IMG/VR virus record: IMGVR_UViG_3300020471_000096
Location: 1 to 59,923 of that record
Reading direction: 5' to 3' (one strand)
From: a virus
Lineage: Duplodnaviria > Caudoviricetes
Length of the DNA stretch: 59,923 nucleotides
This document shows positions 52,950 to 59,923 of this stretch, in pieces. The translations under genes and the position numbers were made by a program. The notes under the pieces are model-generated. The model had not been told where the DNA came from. It searched no databases and saw only the letters and a program-made list of their open reading frames with translations. Each line of letters starts with the position of its first letter. Within the stretch, counting starts at the first letter, position 1.

Positions 52950-54245
52950 TTATCCTAACGCTATTGCTAAAGCTGTAGCCTCATCCGCTGCTGCCGAAGC
53001 AGTTGTTGCACCTATGTCAGACAGCACTTCTGATGCACTTCTACTCTCTAAACCGTTTGCAGTAAATCTTGCAAACTCATCATCTGCCACACTAGAACTA
53101 TCTATCTTCACTGCGTTTGTGTTTGATATACCAAAAGTTAATGAGGCTTGACCACCAATATCACTTAATACTTCAGATGCACTTCTGCCTTCTATTGATG
53201 TACCATCAACTTTTAAAAAGTCATTATCTGCAACACCACTTGTTGCAACTAATACATTGCCATTAGATATACCAGTTGATAAGGTGGCAGTTGTTGTAAT
53301 TGCTGTACCATTTAATGTCATCGCATCTGCTTCTAGTGTACCATCTATATCTGCATCACCAGATATGTCTAATTCAGTGGCAATAATTTTATTGTTAAAT
53401 GTAGCTGCGCCTGCATCAGCCATATCAATGTCAAGAGCAGTTATCGCACTAGACCCATCTGTTCCTTTTATTTGAAAGTTTTTATCGGCAGTGCTTACAC
53501 GGAGACTTACATCACCAGAACTATTGCCTATGTCAAGTATTTCTGTACCATCATCTTTAAATAAAACATTTGCACCACCTGCATCAAGAGTAATATCTGA
53601 GGCTGCATTTAATGTTATGGATGAGCCATTGGTAATCTCTGCAATCACTGGAGTAGTTAAAGTCTTGTTTGTTAAGGTTTGTGTAGTATCTACAGCAACT
53701 AAATCTTGTGTGCCACTATCTCCACTATTAGGTAGCCTTAATGTATTAGCCGCAGCAGCAGAGTGTGGCTGTGCAGTTAGTGTTTGTGCATGAGCATTAC
53801 TAACTTCACAATAAAATTTAATTTGTGACGCTGATCCACTGTTAGATCTAAGATCAATTAATCCACCCTCTATCGTAAGATCGTCACCCACAGATAAATC
53901 TGCACCAACTGAAACATTGCCACTTGCATCTAAAAACACTGATTTTGATGCAGGTATTGTACAGAATATATTTTTTGTACCAGCACTAAAGTTGACTGCA
54001 CTGTCACTGTTAGAGCTACTAATAATTGTAGTCCTTGCTATCGTGCTAGAGTCACTACTTAATGTTCCTAAACCAACCTCAAACTCGGCAGAGCCGGGAA
54101 GTATAACAGCGTAATATGTTGTGTTAGAATTACCTATACCTGCTGCAAAAGTCTCAAAACCAGTTACTGCACCACCTAATGTAAGTGTGCCAGTACCAGT
54201 TGTGGTTGTGGTTTCTTTTACTCTATCATTTAATACAAGTGCCAT
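52950..54245 (-). CDS. Tail fibre protein with duplicated RSASEVLSDIG unit
   Basis: DRVKETTTTTGTGTLTL N-terminus; ALAIALG C-terminus; two repeat units 49 codons apart. Confidence 0.78.
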   Translation of the reverse strand: MALVLNDRVKETTTTTGTGTLTLGGAVTGFETFAAGIGNSNTTYYAVILPGSAEFEVGLGTLSSDSSTIARTTIISSSNSDSAVNFSAGTKNIFCTIPASKSVFLDASGNVSVGADLSVGDDLTIEGGLIDLRSNSGSASQIKFYCEVSNAHAQTLTAQPHSAAAANTLRLPNSGDSGTQDLVAVDTTQTLTNKTLTTPVIAEITNGSSITLNAASDITLDAGGANVLFKDDGTEILDIGNSSGDVSLRVSTADKNFQIKGTDGSSAITALDIDMADAGAATFNNKIIATELDISGDADIDGTLEADAMTLNGTAITTTATLSTGISNGNVLVATSGVADNDFLKVDGTSIEGRSASEVLSDIGGQASLTFGISNTNAVKIDSSSVADDEFARFTANGLESRSASEVLSDIGATTASAAADEATALAIALG

Positions 54246-54676
54246 TATTTAAGCTCTATTGTTAAGTTATCTGCGTTAATTCTAAATATATCACCACTAG
54301 CTATTGTCTTACTTGCATCTAATGCACCAACAAAAAGTATGTTACCACTAGTTGATGCGTCTGCAATAAACACATGTGTGATTGTATTACTGGTGCCGCC
54401 AGATGCCGGAAACTCTATATTTGCTGCGTTCTTTGCAGTTTGTGTGTCTGTTGAATCTGCCCCTATTGTGGTCCAGTTTGCCGCAGTAACTTGTTGTCTT
54501 GCATAGTTTGTAAACGTAGCTTCTGTCAATGAACCTGTTTCTGCTGCGCTAACTGCTGTCGCAAGTCCTACATAAATACTGTCACCCGGACTAGAAAAAC
54601 TAAGAGAGTTATTTTTAAATAAAAAATGTAGTATTCTTCTCTCAAGATAATTTGTCGCTGCATTTGCTGTTGCCAT
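54245..54676 (-). CDS. Tail structural protein
   Basis: NYLE...YVGL...YARQ...DASTSGNIL pattern; AGGAG RBS. Confidence 0.75.
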   Translation of the reverse strand: MATANAATNYLERRILHFLFKNNSLSFSSPGDSIYVGLATAVSAAETGSLTEATFTNYARQQVTAANWTTIGADSTDTQTAKNAANIEFPASGGTSNTITHVFIADASTSGNILFVGALDASKTIASGDIFRINADNLTIELK

Positions 54677-54685
54677 ATTTTACTC

Positions 54686-55333
54686 CTATGTTCTCTGCGC
54701 TCTTGGTAGACCCTCAGAGTAAGCGTCAGTATTTTCTCTTGCCTCTCCGTAATCTTTAAGTCTTGTTAATTGATCCATAAACCTTTTTTCATATTGTTGT
54801 ATCAAATCAGGCTCACCCTTCATAAAAATATACGCATCTACTAATGATCCAAACAATAATGCAAATGGCGCATTAGTGCTTAACCATGTTGTACCACTAT
54901 CTGCACCAGCAGTTAAACTAGTTGGTCTGTAATAATAATGTAATTCTATTGCATAATTTGAGTTTGGGGTAGGGCCAACGATAAAATTATTTGCATCAAA
55001 CTGCGCATAAAATCTTGGCTTTGCTGTGGAGGATGAAGCATCATATGCTTCTTGTATGAAGTTTACATCTTTTTGCAAAAGGAATGATTCACTGCCTGCT
55101 GTAGTGATTTGAAATGAAAAAGACGCTAAATAATCTGCTGGTATTGTTACAAACTTGTCACTTGTTGTTAATGCTGATGTAACATTCTTTCTAAATATCT
55201 CTAAATCAACATTCTTAAATATTCTTTCTTCTGCCGCTTTTATAAAGTCAGATAGATGATTTACAAAGGATGTTTCTGAATTATCAGTGTAATCCTGTAT
55301 TGCTGTTTTTAATTGCGCAAATGTAAAGCTCAT
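54686..55333 (-). CDS. Head-tail adaptor-like protein
   Basis: LKTAIQDY...AEERI...PTPNSNY...LLFGSL pattern. Confidence 0.7.
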   Translation of the reverse strand: MSFTFAQLKTAIQDYTDNSETSFVNHLSDFIKAAEERIFKNVDLEIFRKNVTSALTTSDKFVTIPADYLASFSFQITTAGSESFLLQKDVNFIQEAYDASSSTAKPRFYAQFDANNFIVGPTPNSNYAIELHYYYRPTSLTAGADSGTTWLSTNAPFALLFGSLVDAYIFMKGEPDLIQQYEKRFMDQLTRLKDYGEARENTDAYSEGLPRAQRT

Positions 55334-55855
55334 CTAAGCCTCCAAAGTAACTGGTCCTACTGTAGCAAACACACCACCACCTGTTATAGATCCAGATGTA
55401 GATTCTGCAGCAACAGTAATAGTATATGTATCATCTGTTAATTTAGTTATAGCATATCCTGTAGCTAAGTTAAAGTTAGCCGCTGTTAATCCATCAAAAC
55501 CTAAACAGTTTCTAAATCTTACTGTATCCGATGTAGATCTTCCGTGATCTTTCTCTGTTACTGTAACAACAGTACTACCGCCTACTGCAGCGGCTGTTGT
55601 AAATGGATCAACCAGTAGCAGCCTCTCTGTTGCAGGTTCTATTCTATCTGGCCTTGCATTTAACAAAGACTGACTGTCATCTGTTTTAAATTTTCCTAAA
55701 TGGTTCTGAGGATGGTCTGGATCAACCACATCATACCCGACCATCATGCCAGTTTTAGCGCCATTTCTAATCTCTGGTATTAGTTCTCTAAGCGGATACC
55801 TAAATCCTGTTTTGTCACATATACCATATGCATATTTACCAACTGAGTAAGGCAT
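55334..55855 (-). CDS. Virion-associated hypothetical protein
   Basis: AYGICDKTGFRY N-terminus; HGRSTSDTV beta-barrel-like C-terminus. Confidence 0.7.
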   Translation of the reverse strand: MPYSVGKYAYGICDKTGFRYPLRELIPEIRNGAKTGMMVGYDVVDPDHPQNHLGKFKTDDSQSLLNARPDRIEPATERLLLVDPFTTAAAVGGSTVVTVTEKDHGRSTSDTVRFRNCLGFDGLTAANFNLATGYAITKLTDDTYTITVAAESTSGSITGGGVFATVGPVTLEA

Positions 55856-56502
55856 TACTTTTCTTTCTTAGTTTTATAAAAATACTCATCGCTATCACCA
55901 AATCTATCTAATTTACCTTCGTTTTCAACTTGATAATAGTCTGTGCTGACTAAAAAATCAGGTGTTAGAGGCTTATCTGGTGTTAAGCTATTATCGTATA
56001 TTCTTGTTCTATTATTTGGATACAAACAAAATTGACCGTTTTCTAATTCCAATAAATTATGTGACTTGTGTTCTTGTGGTGTTTCGCTTGTGCTAAAATC
56101 AACTGTATCTATGTCACCATGATAATTATCTAATGTAGCTATATAACTGCCTTTGAGACTACCTGCATCTCTCGTATATATTTCATATGTCATTGATCCT
56201 ATAAACTGCTTTTGTATGCAGGTTACATTGTAATCCATGCAATTCCAAAACTGTAAATTATACAAATCTAAGTCTGGCTCTGGCGTTTTTGGCTCACTAA
56301 CAAAAGCGCTTATTGGTAGTTTGTCAAACATAGCACCGTATTCTGGTAAATATGTTTCAAAATAAAAAGCTCTACCGGGCAAAGATTTACAAGAGACCCA
56401 TATACCTTTTACAAACTTGCCATGTCCGTCTTCATGATCACGTAAATATTCTTTTCTAACCCATACTTGGACAGCAGGTAAATTGCATATTAATCTCGAC
56501 AA
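55855..56502 (-). CDS. Conserved hypothetical protein
   Basis: KLPISAF, EHKSHN, YPNNR motifs; TTG start with GAGG. Confidence 0.75.
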   Translation of the reverse strand: MSRLICNLPAVQVWVRKEYLRDHEDGHGKFVKGIWVSCKSLPGRAFYFETYLPEYGAMFDKLPISAFVSEPKTPEPDLDLYNLQFWNCMDYNVTCIQKQFIGSMTYEIYTRDAGSLKGSYIATLDNYHGDIDTVDFSTSETPQEHKSHNLLELENGQFCLYPNNRTRIYDNSLTPDKPLTPDFLVSTDYYQVENEGKLDRFGDSDEYFYKTKKEK

Positions 56503-57447
56503 CTAGTAACCTCTATTAAATCTGAGTCCTTTTGTAGCAGCTCCCCCACCACGCATTTTAATAACTTTGCCACCTTTTTTCATGTATCCCATTTTGTTAA
56601 CTACATCAGGTCTTTCTCTTTTTAACGCTTGAAGACCTTTGGCCTCTGGTGGAATAGGTTTTTTCATAGTGCCGCCTCCTGCTTTCTTTTTAACTTTTGC
56701 ATAATTTTCTGGTGACATTCTTGCTTTTGCAAACTTTTTACCACCTCTCTTCACTAAATTATCATAAGTAAACTGTGCATCGTAAGATGAAGTAGGCTTA
56801 CCTCCCTTTTGAACAATATTACTTCTTTTCTTTTTTACAGGAGCTTTTTTTGGAGCAACTTTTGGTGTTTTTTTCTTTTTAGGTAAATCAAGTTCAGGAC
56901 CTGTAACAACACCTTTGGTCTTTTTAGTTTTAGGTTTAGTGTCTGCAACAGATTTTTTAGGCTTTACTAGCTCAGAAATACCTGAAGTTAAAACAGCCCT
57001 GTTAACCATCTGCTGAAATCTTTTAGCATTTGTTGGTGACATACGAGATACGTTAGATCTAGGTGTCACTGCTGTACTAGGTTTTTTTAACTGAGTTGCC
57101 CTTGGCTTTGTTACTGCTGTAGACCTTAAACTCTTTGGTCTAGGCTTTGGCAATGGCTGTGTTTTGGTTCTTTGTGTATTAGTAACAAGTCTTTGGAATC
57201 TTTGAGATGGTTTTAATATTCTAGGTAATTGACTTAAAAATTTTGGTATTCTTGAAAATGGTAACACACCCATACCAATATTCATCATATCTTCTTTTGT
57301 TATTCTTCTTTTGTTAGGCCCTGTCTGTACATTTTTATCTTTTTCTATTCTGCCAGACATGACATTATAATTAGGGTCATTTATTTTTCTCTTAGCTTCT
57401 TCAAGAGTTAAACCGCCTGTTTTTATTTTTTTCTTTTTCACAGCCAT
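56503..57447 (-). CDS. Very basic low-complexity protein
   Basis: K/R/P-rich with repeated KxGG motifs. Confidence 0.75.
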   Translation of the reverse strand: MAVKKKKIKTGGLTLEEAKRKINDPNYNVMSGRIEKDKNVQTGPNKRRITKEDMMNIGMGVLPFSRIPKFLSQLPRILKPSQRFQRLVTNTQRTKTQPLPKPRPKSLRSTAVTKPRATQLKKPSTAVTPRSNVSRMSPTNAKRFQQMVNRAVLTSGISELVKPKKSVADTKPKTKKTKGVVTGPELDLPKKKKTPKVAPKKAPVKKKRSNIVQKGGKPTSSYDAQFTYDNLVKRGGKKFAKARMSPENYAKVKKKAGGGTMKKPIPPEAKGLQALKRERPDVVNKMGYMKKGGKVIKMRGGGAATKGLRFNRGY

Positions 57448-58370
57448 TATTTTTTCCTCTTCATAACTTTAGATTGAAACTCGACCTTTGAATCAGGTGC
57501 TTTTCTCATGTCTTTACCAGATACACCGCTACCTTCTTTCATAAACATTTTTTTCTTACCTATAGATTTTGGTCTTGGCTTAGGCTTAGTCATCATTGGT
57601 CTTGGTTTAGGAGTTGGTGTAGTTGTTTTTTTCTTAGGCTTAGATCCTGCAACACCTAAAGCACTAAGTGTAGGCTTTGGTGTTTTTCTTAAACCTTGCG
57701 CTGTCTGTGAAGATCTTTTGCTTATACCGCTTATAGTTTTGCCTTTACCGGGCTTTTTTGGCACCATTCTGTATTGACCACCTCTTTGTGGCTGTGTTTT
57801 AGCTGTTCCTGTTGTTGCGGCACCCACATCTTTTGCAGTCTTTATAACCCTTTTTGCAACTTGGCCAGCTCCTTTTATAAGTCTTGCTTGTGGTGTAATA
57901 GCGATTGTGCCTAGAATAGCTTTTTCTACTTTACCTGCTCTTCTTCCCTTCTTACCCATGCTTTCAGCTTTTTTCTGGTTAATATTACCTTTTCTACCAG
58001 ACATTACATTGTAATCAGGATCAGTGATTTTTTTCTTTGCAGCTTCTAATTTTCCACCTTTTTTCTTAGCTAAAACTAATTCTCTAATTTTCTTTTGAGC
58101 CTCTGCTTTACTAATTGCACCTGATCTAGCTGCGTTAGCTAAATTTTTAAACTGCCCTATTTTTGCTGGACCAACTCTATCTTTTCTTATTCTAGTTACC
58201 TTGCCACCACCAGCTAGTCTTGGATCACTGCCTTTTGGGCTGGTTCTTGGACTAACTCTTTTCTTCATGGGTCCTCTTGGGTCCATGCTTTTTGGCTTGG
58301 ACATTCCTCTTGGTTTTGGCTTTGGCTTCATAGGCGTTAATTTTTTTCTTGGTTTGATTTGTAAGGGCAT
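57447..58370 (-). CDS. Very basic low-complexity protein
   Basis: K/P-rich; GGAGG RBS; shares DPxYNVMSGR with the next gene. Confidence 0.75.
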   Translation of the reverse strand: MPLQIKPRKKLTPMKPKPKPRGMSKPKSMDPRGPMKKRVSPRTSPKGSDPRLAGGGKVTRIRKDRVGPAKIGQFKNLANAARSGAISKAEAQKKIRELVLAKKKGGKLEAAKKKITDPDYNVMSGRKGNINQKKAESMGKKGRRAGKVEKAILGTIAITPQARLIKGAGQVAKRVIKTAKDVGAATTGTAKTQPQRGGQYRMVPKKPGKGKTISGISKRSSQTAQGLRKTPKPTLSALGVAGSKPKKKTTTPTPKPRPMMTKPKPRPKSIGKKKMFMKEGSGVSGKDMRKAPDSKVEFQSKVMKRKK

Positions 58371-58372
58371 AA

Positions 58373-59056
58373 TTAACCTCCATAAAATGTATTGTAAGGA
58401 ACAAATCTAGCAGAAGAGCTGTCTTGGTCTTCTCCTGCCGCTAACTCAAACTGAAACTCGTACTCTTGTTTAAGAGGAGCAACTCTGTTTGCAACTTCTG
58501 GTCTCTTCATAGCAATGTAATAAGCCAATCCAGAAACAAGACATGGTGCAAATCTTGGTGGTACAAAAGATGTTGTTGTCCCATCAATACCAGATGAAAT
58601 ACCATCTATTCCCACAATTCTAAAAAAAGATAAAGTATATGTGTCTGCACTGTCTGGGACAGGCCACATCGTAACTGTTACAGAACCAGCAAGCCTTTGT
58701 ACGAATATCTGTGTAGGCTTACCTTGTGTGTTCTTTGCGCTTTGTTGTGCATATGTTGATACACTAATTCTTGTTAGGTTTGTATCTACCTGACTTGTAC
58801 CAGTTCCAGTTCTAATCTGATGCTCTAATATATCCACAGTATCTGTAGGCATAGTGTATGTCGCTGTTCCTGAGCTAAGTGACAATGTGCCAGATGCTAT
58901 TGTCCAAAGATTTAGTCCTCTATTCTGCCACTCCATAGTTAATAAGTTAAAACTACGTCTGGCATTTCTTAAATCATTACCTGTTCTTAATTCTAACCCT
59001 GCTCTTGCATACGCCTCTTCAAACAGGTCTGGTATATCTGGAACTACTACTGCCAT
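58373..59056 (-). CDS. Head-tail connector / tail tubular A-like protein
   Basis: ARRSFNLL...WQNRGLNLWT...WPVPD...GLAYYIA pattern. Confidence 0.75.
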   Translation of the reverse strand: MAVVVPDIPDLFEEAYARAGLELRTGNDLRNARRSFNLLTMEWQNRGLNLWTIASGTLSLSSGTATYTMPTDTVDILEHQIRTGTGTSQVDTNLTRISVSTYAQQSAKNTQGKPTQIFVQRLAGSVTVTMWPVPDSADTYTLSFFRIVGIDGISSGIDGTTTSFVPPRFAPCLVSGLAYYIAMKRPEVANRVAPLKQEYEFQFELAAGEDQDSSSARFVPYNTFYGG

Positions 59057-59320
59057 TTATTTGACCTTTCTATAAGCTCTCGTCTTTCTTGCAATCTTCT
59101 TTGGCTGTTTAGATACTTGTTTACCTGCTCTAGTTGCTTTTCGCTTAGCAGCCGTAGAACGGGCATATTCAGAGGGCGAAAGAGCCTTAATTGCTTTTTC
59201 AGGTAAGTAACGCTCACCTGTTGCTTTTGGCCCTTGTGTACTAGGTTTACCACTTTTGGTTCGCCACTTCTGTTTACCCCAAGCCTTTAAACTCCTTTGT
59301 GGTTTTTTCAATCCGCCCAT
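59057..59320 (-). CDS. Small basic protein (DUF5872 C-half-like)
   Basis: QRSLKAWGKQKWRTKSG...GERYLPEKA. Confidence 0.7.
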   Translation of the reverse strand: MGGLKKPQRSLKAWGKQKWRTKSGKPSTQGPKATGERYLPEKAIKALSPSEYARSTAAKRKATRAGKQVSKQPKKIARKTRAYRKVK

Positions 59321-59646
59321 TACTTTTTATTCATCCAAGCTGTTGTACCCATGTATGCACCCACGATGCCTGCGCCTGAAATGTAGAAAAGTGAAGAAAT
59401 TTCTGCAAGTGCATTAATTCTTTCTATACTAATAAAAGGCATGAACATCATAAAAGTAAATAATCCCATAGCTATTAAAGTATACCTTGCCATTCTTAGT
59501 TGAGCAAGGTTTTTGCGTAAGGCTGTTTCTGTTTCTTTTATCTCTTTCATATTAGAAAGCTCTGCATCAGAAACAATGCCATCTCCATCTATATCATACT
59601 CATTGTACTTACTTGATGATTGTAATTTCTTTTGTTTCGTTTTCAT
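59320..59646 (-). CDS. Two-TM membrane protein with an EF-hand-like loop
   Basis: DIDGDGIVSDAE followed by two hydrophobic helices. Confidence 0.75.
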   Translation of the reverse strand: MKTKQKKLQSSSKYNEYDIDGDGIVSDAELSNMKEIKETETALRKNLAQLRMARYTLIAMGLFTFMMFMPFISIERINALAEISSLFYISGAGIVGAYMGTTAWMNKK

Positions 59647-59846
59647 TTGTTCTTAACCGCACTATTTAGTGAATTTATAACATCATCTATATTAGGCTCT
59701 TTTTGCCAAGGATTGTAAACACATTTAAACTTCTTTGGACACCAGCTTTCGATCATCATCTCGTATGTTTCATTGCCACCTTTGTAAATACACGCCATCA
59801 TACCAGTTTTTGATTTAATTCTTTTGGAAAGCCTACATGTTGTATA
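59643..59846 (-). CDS. Probable C-terminal Cys-rich part of the 20-589 gene across the circular junction
   Basis: Open frame YTTCRLSKRIKSKTGMMACIYKGGNETYEMMIESWCPKKFKCVYNPW...KNK*; its TGA overlaps the ATG at 59646. Confidence 0.6.
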   Translation of the reverse strand, partial: YTTCRLSKRIKSKTGMMACIYKGGNETYEMMIESWCPKKFKCVYNPWQKEPNIDDVINSLNSAVKNK

Positions 59847-59923
59847 TTTTTTTTTTTAGTTTTACCCTGCCATATTTTTTGCTGTTTAGTATAATCTTTC
59901 GGTTTATATGTATAACCATCAGC
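59814..59923. repeat. Terminal direct repeat, right copy
   Basis: Matches 1-109 with one extra T. Confidence 0.97.

Noticed and set aside
44883-54245. Diversity-generating retroelement acting on tail fibres
   Set aside because: No reverse transcriptase and no template/variable repeat pair seen.
42797-58410. Many plus-strand ORFs antisense to structural genes
   Set aside because: No RBS; typical antisense shadows of strongly biased coding sequence.

Overview
The window is an apparently complete, circularly assembled ~59.8 kb AT-rich tailed phage genome. A 109/110-bp direct repeat sits at the ends. The gene set resembles uncultured marine podovirus-like phages; the host cannot be determined from sequence. 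Structural, packaging and lysis genes lie on the minus strand: terS/terL, portal, GroES, scaffold, capsid, many Lys-rich small proteins, adaptors, tail-fibre modules, 3TM holin, T4-type lysozyme and a 2874-aa polyvalent virion protein. Early and middle genes occupy ~12.8-28.6 kb: MoxR-like AAA + VWA/peptidase, T7 gp4/Twinkle-type primase-helicase, RusA, nucleases, an AlpA-like regulator and DUF3310. No DNA polymerase, integrase, tRNA or CRISPR array was recognised. Main unexplained signals: (1) The early operon is punctuated by three covarying type III hammerhead ribozymes, each placed between a 3' hairpin and the next gene's RBS, behind a ~200-nt structured leader RNA. This is a candidate ribozyme-based mRNA segmentation (possibly circularisation) system. 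(2) CCWG/CWGG is almost absent, and CCGG over-used, only in the early/middle block. (3) Three RBS-equipped ORFs are overprinted inside the giant virion protein and portal genes. (4) A ~20-bp palindrome is dispersed genome-wide. All counts and folds were done by eye and need computational confirmation.
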